Below are positions 10,671 to 23,410 of a DNA stretch of 64,000 nt, piece after piece; positions within the stretch are counted from its first letter, which is position 1; every line of letters begins with the position of its first letter. The stretch lies in the NCBI GenBank assembly GCA_040954595.2, contig CM082580.2:1-64000 (forward strand), read 5' to 3'. Below the pieces are notes generated by a model. The model worked only from the letters and a program-made list of their open reading frames with translations. It had not been told where the DNA came from and did not search any database. Position numbers and translations under genes: made by a program. This stretch comes from Balanoglossus misakiensis (Eukaryota; Animalia; Hemichordata).

Positions 10671-13117
10671 TTTTTATCTCCACTAACTGCCAACACACTG
10701 TCCAATTGCACATTCACTCACTGACATATTCAACTAACACACCAGTTTCTTTATTTCAAAAAGTACACAGTAAAACATCACAAATGACAAGACAGGGGTA
10801 TCAGGAATCACACAAATCATACTCAATGTTTTACTGAAGCCATTGCTGTAAGATTGCTGTAAGTAATGGCACTATTCAATGGTGTTAACACCACATAGCA
10901 CAATGATGTACTGCACACATTCAAGTCACATACCTTTTTGAAGTATTAATAAACACTGATTCTATGAACTGTTAAAATTATTTTTTCTTACATCATCCCT
11001 GAATACCAAATTTCAAACAAATTAGGCTAGTGCTTTCACATGTTAACACACAATGCATGGCACTGGACAATCATCCTATCCGATCTGAAACCTCAGTGTC
11101 ACTTACCACAAAACTAAACACGTTATCTACAAATGATTTACGAAACTAATTCGTACACGACACAATACACATTTGAGTGTGTTGATCTCTTAGTTTGTAC
11201 ATGATACTTTGCACTGATGTACACCAACACTCACCTTGAGAACTCTTTGGTAGCCAAAACTGTCAAGAAAATAAACAAAACTTTTAAATTAAATCATTAA
11301 GTATAATTGTGTATTTAAACAAGTACATCAAGATATACACTTGCCTGCATAACACACACCTCTCAATAGCCATAATGTATCAATGTCGAGATGACATCAC
11401 TCCAAGTACAAGATAGCGAATGATGATTTTTTTACAATAACCCCACTACTTAAACAGGACAACAAATTACAATGAATTCACTATCAACCTTGTGATATTC
11501 AGAAAATCAATTCTTGGTCACATAAATTGTCCTGTCCACAAAATGGTTTCATGGCATCAAAATATGTTAACAAGTCAACTCTACTTTTCATGCTCCAACC
11601 AGATTTCATTGTCTATGTTTTTAACATGCCTGTCACGACTAGAAAGCATACACACTAAACAGAGTGGTCACCAGCATAATTTGGCCAATTCTATGCTTGT
11701 CCTCACATTCTTACGAACAATTCAAATGTCAAATTATCTAGCAATGTTTCTGTTATGTACTCACACAGATTGTTCCATATTTGAAGCAAATAATTATCAA
11801 AAACAAATTGATTACCCTGATATAAATTCCAATGAAAACCTTAAGGCTTTTGGTCATGTAAACATACAATATTAACAGAAAAAATAATGGAAAATACAAT
11901 CCATTTTTACTACTGTTTATTTTTTGACAAATACATATAAGAGACATGGAAACTATTGAAGTACACATCCCAAAATAATATCCTACCACTGCTTGTACGT
12001 TTCATACACACGATACAAGACCGATCGCCCGAATTCAGCAGATTCGCTTGCCTAAAACCGTTTCTAAATAATCATATGTACCTGTATACACTCCAAAAAT
12101 AAGCTTAATTTCAACTTGTATGGAATGAAATAGAAACTCCGATGTACCCAGCCTCTGATGTTTCTATTCCTTCAAGTAAACTTCACCATCTTAACATATA
12201 TACAATTTGCCAAAACATGCATACAAACGAAACCCTTTCAGTATATAACGACAACCGCCATATTGGATGTCGCTCGACACGAAAATAAAATACGCCTGAC
12301 AAAACTGCCATCGCCTCATACACAATTAAAATCACACTACCATTGGATAAAACACAACTACATAACCAATACCATCAACTCTTACACGTTCAAACCACCG
12401 ATTCTGTCATTTATACTCATTTAAAAATAACCACAAGAATATACACATATCCCACTAACCTATATTCAGCTGCTGAACAACAAGAGCACTTGATTCGTTT
12501 TCGGATGTGACTACGTGCAACAACATACGCATCACCATCACATTCGCGTTGGGATTCAAGACAGTTTCAATATCTCAAGAAGCAATACAACGAGAAGACC
12601 TTCTCGGGATTTTATGCACATCCTGTTGGATATCGCTGCCAAATGTCCACAGATGATAAAACATGATACCAGAATGTTGTATTGGGGACAACCATCAAAT
12701 GTTCCCGTGCCAGCACCCTCTATATTCTAGAAACCCTGGTATATCTCAAGAAACATTACCATTTTTAATTATTTTTAAAAGCAAAAGTAAGTTGTCATTT
12801 TATTTGTACAATTATTTCTCTATATTAAACAAGTATACATAAACACTAAAACATGTTTTGCCATGTTAACATAAATTTATGACCATTTTAAAATACTATA
12901 TAGCTTATATTTATTAAAGTACAAATTCGGATGTTTTTCATTTTTAACCATTTCCACAATCAAAATGAAAAAAAAATCGCATTAATAGTAGATTGGGTTA
13001 TATTGGATATCATTATGTAAAACTGAAGAGTCACTATGGCATGGAAACTACTGAGATATGTGGTAGAAAACCAAAATGCCCAACAAATATACACAGTGTG
13101 TGTTGTGTGTTAGATAG

Positions 13118-13140
13118 GTACATACATGCATGCATGCATG

Positions 13141-13172
<32 letters not shown>

Positions 13173-13175
13173 CAT

Positions 13176-13250
<75 letters not shown>

Positions 13251-13303
13251 TACATACATACATACATACATACATACATACATACATACATACATACATA
13301 CAT
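13118..13303. repeat. Compound (TACA)n-(CA)n-(TACA)n microsatellite
   Basis: Read directly; its 5' flank ATACACAGTGTGTGTTGTGTGTTAGATAGG is inverted at 15660-15690. Confidence 0.95.
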
Positions 13304-14556
13304 GCGCCCTGTATTGACCAAATACCGTCGTGCAAGCTCATGTACAAGCTATTTCTTTATGCCTGAACAAAAATTGACCAAATTCTACTGTTTATTATGA
13401 TTCATTCTTCGAAACAATTCATCTTCTTGCCATATTTTATTTGTTCATATAACACATTTTGAAGAAAAGTTGTACAAAGACTACAATATACTAATGGGCT
13501 ATATTCTCAAAACAGATATATTACCACAAATACTACTAGGGATTGTGTAGTGGTTTCTTTCTCACTATAAGACATATGATATCTGATATCAACCATACAA
13601 ACAATATCAATCTTTTTACACACATACATACATTCATACTTACACAAAAAGCATAAAACACCAATTTATTTTATATAGCCTTATATTAATTTATTTCAAT
13701 TGTGAAAATAGACACACATACAAAAAAGAACAGAAAAACAATCACAGTATCTGGTTTATGAAATAAAAAAGACCAAACAAGCAATTGCTTCCGAAATAAC
13801 ATATTCCACATTCTGTCACAAATTGAGCAAATTCCAGTAAAATCAACCCCAAGGACCTACACACTAAATTTCAAAGTAATTGTACAAAGAATTTAACTAA
13901 ACACAACTAAAATTGATCAAAAATTACACATTTCACCACAATTTACATAAACTCTACCAACTTCACCCTAGGAACCTGCATACTAAATTTCAAAGTAATT
14001 GGCCCCGTGGTTTCAGTAAAGAAAAGTGACAGACAGTGACACCACTCACCCAATAAGACAATCACCCAATCTAATAAGCTCAACATAACTGACAACACAG
14101 CTAAACAGTTCACCGACAATATAAATACAATTGTGTACATTTCACAAATGACAATATTAGCCTTTTAGTCACCTCTGACTCTAATGTAAAGTACATTATG
14201 GTAACTGTTCATTGAAATGTTTCTGGGAAATGTTTACTAAGGCTATTTAATATCTTCTATTTTTTTTTATAACACATGGTTTCTCTTGCAATTCCTCTTC
14301 CAGTAAACAGGATAAACTTTCTACACCATTACACTTATATGCTACTGCCAAATGGAAGTAATCTAATCCTGTAGTAGCTATAAAGCAGCATTGTCAGGGC
14401 CCAAGCAACATGATGAAAAAAGGTGAAAGCACACGTTATAGTTACTCAAACTTTTACCAGAAAATTTTGATAGATCATATTGGTTCACGTCCAAGCAAAT
14501 CGGACTTCTAACCATATTGGTTAGCTTACAATTTGATAAGTATATAAATTAAAGGG

Positions 14557-14835
14557 ACCCTTTTCCATTAATTATGCTTGATGCAAGACACCATTTATGT
14601 TAATGTACATGTGGATATATAGTGAATCAACATTCAACAACACACACTGCTTGTAGTCACGAGAGTGAAAAATCTTGCCAAAATGAATAATTGGTCTTTA
14701 CCATTTATTCATTTTGGGCGAGTTTTTACTGTCATATCCTACAAACGGGATGGAAGCTGTGTGTGGTCGAACGTTGATTCACTATATATCCACATTAACA
14801 GTCTCTTGTATCACACATAATTATTAAAAAAGGGC
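14557..14835. mobile_element. Palindromic MITE-like element; partial copies at ~24480-24620 and ~26795-26910
   Basis: TGTGGATATATAGTGAATCAAC...GTTGATTCACTATATATCCACA arms around AAAATGAATAA/TTATTCATTTT. Confidence 0.75.
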
Positions 14836-15067
14836 AGCAAAGAGACTTTCTGCCTTTAATAAGCTAATAAAAGTGTTAGACTGCATTGGCTGCTCTATAA
14901 TACCATATAGCAATGCAGTAACTCCTGTGGATGCCAATTTCTGACTCTCTGTTATTTCTCACATGCATTTGTGAATTTTTATTGAAATAAAAAAACTGGT
15001 GTGTTGAATATGTCAGTGAGTGAATGTGCAATTGGACAGTGTGTTGGCAGTTAGTGGAGATAAAACA

Positions 15068-15140
15068 ATCCTCATGGTGTAATGGTTAACACACTTGTCA
15101 CTTTGTGATAAGGGATCCTGGTTCGATTCCTGGTGAGGAT
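15068..15140 (+). pseudogene. tRNA-derived sequence (SINE-like head), copy 2
   Basis: Acceptor stem ATCCTCA/TGAGGAT, D stem GTGT/ACAC, A box TGGTGTAATGG, B box GGTTCGATTCC; non-canonical 9-nt anticodon loop CACTTTGTG. Confidence 0.75.
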
Positions 15141-15175
15141 GATAAAAAAAGGAGTCCATTTGCTGTGTGTTTTCC

Positions 15176-15660
15176 ATGTATGTATGCATGTATGTATGCA
15201 TGCATGTATGTATGCATGTATGTATGCATGTATGTATGCATGCATGTATGCATGTATGTATGTATGTATGTATGTATGTATGTATGTATGTATGTATGTA
15301 TGTATGTATGTATGTATGTATGTATGTATGTATGTATGTATGTATGTATGCATGCATGTATGCATGTATGTATGCATGCATGCATGTATGTATGCATGTA
15401 TGTATGCATGTATGTATGCATGCATGTATGTATGCATGTATGCATGTATGTATGCATGTATGTATGCATGTATGTATGCATGTATGCATGTATGTATGCA
15501 TGTATGTATGCATGTATGCATGCATGTATGCATGCATGTATGTATGTATGTATGTATGTATGTATGTATGTATGTATGTATGTATGTATGTATGTATGTA
15601 TGTATGTATGTATGTATGTATGTATGTATGTATGTATGTATGTATGTATGTATGTATGTA
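15176..15660. repeat. (TATG/CATG)n microsatellite
   Basis: Read directly. Confidence 0.95.
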
Positions 15661-16847
15661 CCTATCTAACACACAACACACACTGTGTATATTTAATTCC
15701 ACAATGCTTGATACTAAAATGTGTCCACAAAAAAACATTTGTTTATAACCCCTAAGTGCTTGTCTTCCACACTTACCTTCTCTTGGCATTTTTTTCCACA
15801 GATGATGCAATACTGCTCGTCTCTTCATCCTGGTCTCTTGCGCTCCCCTTTTTACTCTCCCTGAATGCTGACAACACGTACCGTCTCATTGTTCAGTGGA
15901 TATGCCTTGCTGTCATCTGCATCTGCTCCCTCAGTACCCCCTTCTCCCTGGCACAATCATCCAAATACTATCGCAGAGGGCGCTATACTATATGACGATC
16001 AACACAATATCATTCAGATAATCTTTGCACAGTGGGTAAATTAAGCATTTGGTTTTTCACGAGACTTTCATCAGTTGTACTAAAATGAAATGTGTCTACA
16101 CTATACAAATGACAATGGCCTTCTAATTCAGAGACGTTGGGAAGGACTAGTGAGCACATACAGCAAATCAGAAGGCCCAAAATGGCAAGGTTGCATGATT
16201 ACTAATGGGAAACAAAGAATACACAGGGTATATTTAATTCCACAGAGTGCTTGATACTAAAATTATTGCTGTTTTACAATTGTGGCATTTACTGCTGATA
16301 ATAAGGTTACCATAGATACAATTGGAATGAAACCGGACAGGGATAAACATATAAAGGCTAGGTTAACCCCCCACCCCCTACCACAGAGGGCGCTATACCG
16401 ATCATCAAGTCAGTACCATTGAAATAAATCTGTGCAGAGTGGGTAAATTAGGCATTTGGTTCTTCAGATTTTCATAAGTTGCACTAAAATGCTATGTGGC
16501 CCACTACAAGGATAAATAAGTCAAAAATGGCAAATTTGATATTTACTTTGAGGTTGACATGGGGCAAAGGAGACAATACAAGAACACTGAAACTCAATTA
16601 GTGAAACACTAAAGTTGTACATGTACTTTATTTCTCTAACAAACTTAGAGAAAATTTACATGGCCATCTTTTTACTCAGAGAACTGATGTTGAAAAGAAA
16701 ACAATGTTACATCATAAAATTGAAATCCTACATGTCACTAATTTCTGATTTTCACAAATGTTCATAAAAAAAACCTGTTCTCTGCAAACCTTACCCCCCC
16801 CCTCCTATTGTCGGTGCTTCTAATGTAACTCTCAATTTTTCCCTAAG

Positions 16848-17168
16848 GTGTTAAAAGAACCAAATGGTGATGATATGGTAGAAGGGATATTTGAGGGAAT
16901 AGACATAGATGAGTAAATATTAACTGCAGTACTTGCTTCCACCAATTTCCAATCATTTTGTGTACATGTTCACGTCTCTGTGTCTTACCAATCACATTCT
17001 GTCCTTTTTATTTTTTTCTAGAAGTGGCATCTTCTGTGTCAGACGGCAAATACTTACAGTGTCCCACCTTATGCCAGACCTTGGGTACAGAGGAGGCCAT
17101 ATTAGAAAACCTGCCAATGCATGTACACTACTCTATCAATCAAGAAATGCAACAGTCACAAAGATTGA
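16848..17168 (+). pseudogene. OB-fold gene exons D (VLKEPNGDDMVEGIFEGIDIDE) and E (EVASSVSDGKYLQCP...EEAILENLPMHVHYSIN...TVTKIE), copy 3, locally inverted
   Basis: ccctaag|GTGTTA...GATGA|gtaaat and ttttctag|AAGTGG...GATTGA|gtaagt; exon E probably has a frameshift. Confidence 0.55.
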
Positions 17169-17462
17169 GTAAGTTAACTAAACCAAAGCAATCTCCACCC
17201 TGCAACTTCCCCAGCACTTACTATCTGCATGCAAGTTGTGAACTTTTAATTTAGTATTCATTACAGAAACATTTCAGTCCTACAATTCACATGCATCTTA
17301 TTTTCGTCAACACCAACTTATACAAAATATGATTTAACCATCTTGTTCTCATTTCTCTCCAATGTACAGAAAGCAGTAGCCTGGATGGATGTACAGAGAG
17401 AGAGGCTAGTACACGGCACTCATGTGGACATGCACTACCACATATCATATCTCAAGGGGACT

Positions 17463-18718
17463 TCGGTTGTCGCTGTAGTATTTAACCCAAGTTTAACTGT
17501 GACACCCACGTCCATACATGGCAAGGTTTTCTCTCCCAAAAGTTTCAGTTTGGCATCCTAGTTACCATCAGTTGCGCTTTCTCCATGCCTTCTAAGTTGA
17601 ATGCGATTTACCATCACCGGATTCATACTGTGGTGCAAAGACAATTAAAAACATCGATTGTAAGTCATTTAGTAGTGATAACATTGTTACCAAACCTCGT
17701 TTTAAAATACATGTAATCTGTACTCGAAACTATCATTTTTTCTTTCTTTCTAGAATATGACTTGTAAGCGAGTGCCGCGTTTAAATTGATACTGAGAATA
17801 AACACCGCTAATCGACGATAAAATCAACGTATTTTCAAATGCAAGTGAATGCATGGAGGCGGCCATATTGAATTTAGGTTACATCCCAAGACATTCCGAC
17901 TGGGCTTCAGGTGGATTCGGGAAAGGTCTCTAAAACATAATCGGTCATCCAGTTTTGTATACTAAATTTCTAAAAATGTAGGACATGGGAGGTTAACATA
18001 CCCACAATGACTACACACAAAAAAGGGCCCAGGCGTTTCGGGGTGCGATTGTTACGTACCTTAGCTCCATCATCTGCAACCAGCCAAGGCCTGGCTGTGA
18101 AATTGCGCGTCATGGAGGATGTCGAGATCCGGAATTCCGCCAACGGGAAACTGTTTAGCGTGCCTTGTATGCAGCACGATGGCAACGTTCTGGAACTTAA
18201 ATTCTGGAAAGAAAATCCGAAGTGGCTGAACAGATTACAGAAGGGAGAATACGTACAGCTCCGCAACTTTTCCACTGGAAGAGATAATACCATTTGCCTC
18301 TATGATAGAGCAAAGGCCGGGGATGCCATTACGCCGTTAAACCTGAAATATAGATTGAGAGTGGATATTGTTTTACACAATTTTTGAACATTGAAGTAAA
18401 GTATTAGAATGATGGAGTCCGATAGAAAAAGTGAGTTGGTAATTTCGGCATCCGACTTCGTTATTAAAATGGAAAGATTTGCGATTTGAGATTCGGTTAC
18501 CATTTGGAAGTTTGAAAGGAAATATTTCATTCAAGTACAGTGGCAACTACTGGATTATGGAGAATATTTGAAATGTTGATGAACGGAGACCTATTAGAAT
18601 CAATGAAAACCTACCTTTATTGGTGTTACGGTTACTACACCTGACAGACCGCTGGTCTGCGTCCGACCGATTTTGAGCGCCTAGCTCTTGTGGAGACATG
18701 CGGAGGTACAGCGGGTTT
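17463..18718 (-). pseudogene. OB-fold gene copy 3: 5' exon, intron 1, exon A with flipped body (18060-18315 reads on +), intron, exon C
   Basis: ORF 18007-18387(+) holds the exon A peptide while the flanking splice sites (acceptor ~18343, donor ~18059) lie on the minus strand. Confidence 0.75.
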
Positions 18719-19590
18719 ATTGGTTTTTCGTAAAACCATAGTTAAACTCCAAAAATCTTCTTCTCCAGAACGAGCGATGACTGAGTCGCAAGATTCGGGG
18801 AGTATGGTCACTACACTGATGTCTATCAAGTTTGCAAAGAGCATTGTGATTGGTCGAAGATTATGGTGGCCATATTGGATTTTGTAAAAAACAGAGAAAA
18901 ATTGAAATTCCTTTTTCTAGTCCAAAAATTGATAGCATACAAATTAATTTTATGGATATCAATCGTCATGTGACTAAAATATATAACAATTTTTTGGCGA
19001 TTTTTCACATGACCTTTGACCTAATTATCATGCGTTATTATTTCTGCATATCTAATTCCAGGCTAACCTATAGGGCTAGAGGTTTGGTTTTTGATGAATG
19101 TGGATTAGTGTGTGATCAAAATATTTTGCTACTTTTCATGACCCCTTTGACCTCTGCTGACCTCATTAATTATGCACATACCTAATTACAGGCGAACCAA
19201 TAGAGCTAGAGTTTTGGTTTTTGTTGGACATGGACCAGTATGGGTAAAAAAAAAATGCCCAAATGTTGGGTGACCTCAGGTGACCTTTGACCTACTTCAC
19301 CCTATTTCAGCAGCAAAAATACACACATCCTTGTTATGTCATGAGATAATACATCCGATAGAAAATTCTGTTTCTTCTCATTCATACTGTGCATATATAA
19401 TTCAAGATCAGCGCTTGGGCCCGACAATGCTGCTCGCAGCTTTAATTCTTCTTCTTCTTCTTCTTCCGAGAAATTCGGCCAGTTAGATCTGGAAAACCGC
19501 TGCACCTAGGGGGCTGAAACTTGGTAGGGTGATAGGGGCCAATGAGTAGACGTGCAGTGGCTCGTGAATATTTAATTAGTTTTTCAGCAG

Positions 19591-19874
19591 CTGTATGGTA
19601 ATTCTTGGTCAAAGCTATGACGAAAATGGACTCCTTGACAACTATTTTAGCTTCCATGGTGATGTTACACAGATGAATGTATACGATTATGTATTGACTC
19701 CTGTTGAAATCCAGAGTCTGGCTTTGAACTGTTCACAAAGTCCACTTGGCAATCATGTCATGTGGGTTGAAATGGATCAAGAGTTATTGGGTAGTGTGGT
19801 CAAAATCCAGCCATCAGCTTGTGGAAGTACCAGGTGCCCAATTGGTTACTCTGGTTCACCATGCACACCTGTTG
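19591..19874 (+). CDS. Exon: pentraxin C-terminal half plus partial EGF
   Basis: VILGQSYDE...SFHGDVTQMNVYDYVLTPVEIQSLALNC...CPIGYSGSPC; cag| and |gtaaat. Confidence 0.85.
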
Positions 19875-20211
19875 GTAAATAGCCTTATTCATTACTATCA
19901 AACAATTTTATGCATAATCTGACGAGGAGAAATTGGGTCATATTCACAGAGTTGATTAATCCTAAATCCTTACTTTAACACAGCTCTCCTTGTAATGTTG
20001 TGTCTGTCCAGGGAAAACTGTGTGAAATTTTGAGTAGTTTTTCCTGTGTACATTCACCAGCCCCTAGCTGCTGTGTGTTGTACTCCAATCACACAGCCTG
20101 CAATCTCCCTACTTTAGGAAGTATAGGGAATCATCATCTGCCCATGCCTGTATCGCTCACTCTTTTTGTTTCTACCGTACATGTATTTAACACTGAATGT
20201 AATGATACTAT

Positions 20212-20315
20212 TCACAACCACTATCACCATCATCATCATCATAATCATCATCACCACCACCACCACCACCACCATCATCATCATCATCGTCATCATCATC
20301 ACCATCATCATCATC
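20212..20315. repeat. (CAT/CAC)n intronic trinucleotide repeat
   Basis: Read directly; lies between two exons. Confidence 0.9.
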
Positions 20316-20614
20316 AGTTTCTGCTGTTCCAAGAACTAGGCTTATCATGAGTGTAATTGATCATATCAGTTATTATGCCTATGGATACCATCTCATGACT
20401 CCTGTCCTATCTTGTAGTGTTTCTTGACAGTGATCTAGTCTATTCACATGTACCAGAAAACAAGCACTTAACAATATCTGGATTTCTCATGAATATGTGA
20501 CAGATATTAACATCTAGTAGTGCATTTACCTAAATGTACCAGTGTATGCATATGGGGTGTGGACCAGTTGTTTAATTTACAAACATTTGTTATTCTTTCA
20601 TTTTTTTTCTTCAG

Positions 20615-20755
20615 ATAAACACGCTCCTGAAGTCATTTACTGTCCCAATACGACCCGTATAATTAGTCCTAATAGCTTGACAACAGGAGTATGGCAGGAG
20701 CCTATATTTACAGATGATGTCGCCATTGCCAATGTGACACAAACCTACACAATGG
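20615..20755 (+). CDS. Exon: HYR domain, first half
   Basis: DKHAPEVIYCPN...VWQEPIFTDDV; ttcag| and |gtaagt; 141 bp. Confidence 0.85.
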
Positions 20756-21459
20756 GTAAGTTTCCTATAAAATATCATTTCTGATTATAGATAATATATA
20801 ACATTCACACTAACTAAGTTTTTTTTATCGGGGTGGGGTGGGGAGTTGATCTAAACAGAAACCAACAAGCTGAGACAACTTTCCTAAGATTATTGTCAGT
20901 ATGAAGCATACTGGTACAGTTTATTCTTGTGGCCGTTACTCATATATGGCTAGCACATCCTATGTGCGACAGATGATCTTGCTTCCAAGTATTAAAGCCT
21001 CAATTGCTGATACTATTACCATATGTTTATAGGCCCTTTCCTCGATCCCAGGGCAGTACAATGAAGTTAAAACTCGAAAGCATTTGTGTTTGCACGTAAT
21101 TGTTTATTGGAAACAAAAGATTTGACCAACTGTTGAGCAAGGCCTTTAATCAGTAAAGTACTTAATATTCTCCACTACTACTGGGGATACCCATACCACA
21201 AATGTTGTGTTCTCTTACAATGGGCAGTTGAATAAACGTGTGCGGCACCATATCTGTTTAGTATACATATCTTGTTCATGTTTATATGTACAGTCACAAT
21301 CAGGAGTTGATAATATGCCTGTGTATACCCACCAGATAGCTCACTTAAATGGACCATTCTAAGTTTGAATAGAAAATCATGACAAACATTCAAGAAACGG
21401 AAGCTATTTTGGCTTTAGCACCCATGCCTGTAATGATGTGCATAATTTTGTTCTTACAG

Positions 21460-21555
21460 GTGACACCTTTTCCTGGGGAACCTACCAGATCAGCTATGTT
21501 GCTTCAGATACAGCTGGCAACAATGCACAGTGCAACTTTTTACTCTATGTACTGC
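21460..21555 (+). CDS. Exon: HYR domain, second half
   Basis: GDTFSWGTYQISYVASDTAGNNAQCNFLLYV; tacag| and |gtgagt; 96 bp. Confidence 0.85.
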
Positions 21556-21650
21556 GTGAGTGAATTTTTTTATCATTCCTACATAAACTTTACAAATTAA
21601 TTAATATCTTGACAAATTGTCATCTCTACCCCTTGTTATGTCTTGTCACA

Positions 21651-21844
21651 TACTGTAAAACGGGACATTTTCGTGACAGAAAATATTTTGCAATATATCA
21701 AAAGAGGCAACTGTGACACGAGAATTAAATTTCCGCATTCTAGTATTTTACTAACTACTCTGTTATCTCTGAAAAACATTTTATGCGACTTTATCTTCTT
21801 CTTCTTTTTTGCCGAAGTTTGGGAAAATTTGCCGTTTTACAGTA
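21651..21844. mobile_element. Tc1/mariner-like MITE (TA-CTGTAAAAC...GTTTTACAG-TA); related copy at 23700-23911
   Basis: Terminal inverted repeats flanked by TA. Confidence 0.65.
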
Positions 21845-22554
21845 ATATGATTGCATCATTATCACTTTTGTCCCTATGTAACTATCAAAAATTATAACAA
21901 CATCATTCAGAACATACAAGGACACTCAAACCCGTCTAAAACAAACCCTGTCTAATCGGGAAACCTCTCTTCAACCAACAGCTTTTCCTAGTCCCTTTTA
22001 CATAGAAACATGTTAATGTGTTGGTGTTCTGTTTAAAAGATTTGACTGTGTAATAAATATGGGTGTCACACATACACCATTAAGACAGTTCTGAAGCATC
22101 TCAGAATTGATACTGTCTTAAAAAAACATGTGTGGACGGTGTAAGTGGTCCTGAAACGTCTCAGATTTTAGACGGCTCTGCCAGCCAGACCTGAGCCGGT
22201 GTAAGGATTAACACCTCTCCGCAACCCATTGTCTATGGGGCCGAGCCTCAGCGCCCATACATAAACTTTGTGTGTGTGGACACAACATGACTCAAAGGAT
22301 TAATGCTCTGTGGTTAGCACTGGCAAATAGTGTCTCAAATTTTACCCTGTGTGAACCTGGTAAAAGAGGCATTGTGCCCTAGTGGCTAGGGTTGTGGGTT
22401 CGTTACCTAGACCTGGACATTTGGGTAGTATTTGCCTGTTGGATGATATATGAGACACAGACATTTGGGTAGTATTTGCCTGTTGGATGATAGATGAAAT
22501 AAAATTAAAAATATATATATAGACAAATAAACTGTGTTCTCCTTTCTTTTACAT

Positions 22555-22755
22555 CATTTGATTGTGAAAAGCCAGCACCACCAGTTAAAGGTATTTCCAT
22601 CTGTAATGAGTTTGAGTCGGGTGTGTTCTGTCAGGTGGATTGTTTACCAGGGTACAAGTTTGCAAGCCTGCCAGCACCTTACTATCTCTGCCATAGTGAA
22701 GGATCTTTTAATCCTGAGAATCCAGACGAGGAATTCACCTTCCCTGGATGTTCAG
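22555..22755 (+). CDS. Exon: sushi/CCP-like domain (acceptor mutated)
   Basis: FDCEKPAPPVKGISIC...CQVDCLPGYKF...YYLC...FPGCS; 201 bp, phase 1-1; polypyrimidine tract ends in CAT. Confidence 0.8.
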
Positions 22756-23157
22756 GTGAGAAAAAAAAATTTGGTATCAGTAAAGAAATATAATCAGGTT
22801 GCACATGCACATTCAGAAAATTCTCCAAAGAGAGAGAGTTGTGAGAGGGGGTATTCCAGCATTGAGACAATTTTCTTTTAGTTATAAATGAAAACAGAAA
22901 TATGAGTAATGCAAATTCTTGCTTTACAGTATGTCAAGGTTGTGATTACAGGTAGATAATCTGTTAACATCATATCTGCTTACCCCAATATAAAGCTCCA
23001 GTACATTTGAGCTATTTTCTTAATATTTTGTTCTGGGTAAGCAGCTGTAACTTTCCTGATTGGCTAAGCGGTTTAGCAGTCTAAGTCAATACATCGTTCG
23101 CTAGATTGAAAATTGCATCTTTAACAAAATTTGTTTGTTTGTATTGTTCTACTGCAG

Positions 23158-23410
23158 CTCCTGGGAAGACTCAACGTGGAGTGAATTGTGGCGTGTCATA
23201 CAATTCACAGGCTGGTACATGTAACAATGGTGTCATCCAGCAATTGAGGATCAGTTTTATGAACACTATCAACTATCTGAATGATTTGTTTGGTATTTGT
23301 GGCGGTGAATGCAACTTTGATGACCTTGAAATAACCTGCGGCGCCTCAAACCGAAGAAAGAGACAGGCTGATACTCAGCTTGTGGTTCAGTTCAGTTTCA
23401 CAACCAATGC
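23158..23410 (+). CDS. Exon: linker with furin-like RRKR
   Basis: ...CGGECNFDDLEITCGASNRRKRQADTQLVVQFSF; cag| and |gtgagt. Confidence 0.8.

Larger units (their letters stand above)
5247..18718. mobile_element. ~13.5-kb foldback structure: arms ~5247-10750 and ~14990-18718 around a ~4.2-kb spacer
   Basis: Reverse-complement matches: 5247-5634/18330-18718, 6232-7113/17463-18315, 8480-8945/16240-16700, 9000-9090/15975-16060, 10540-10750/14990-15170. Confidence 0.75.

Noticed and set aside
15068-15140. Functional tRNA gene
   Set aside because: 9-nt anticodon loop, T-stem mismatch and a microsatellite tail.
12993-15828. HTYI/MYVC repeat ORFs (also 49870-50215)
   Set aside because: Stop-free translations of microsatellites.
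15777-15960. Minus-strand exon with a PHD-like start (EQYCIICGKKCQEK|gtaagt)
   Set aside because: In-frame stops upstream and too short to assign.
20000-20350. Poly-His protein
   Set aside because: Intronic CAT/CAC repeat with no exon support.
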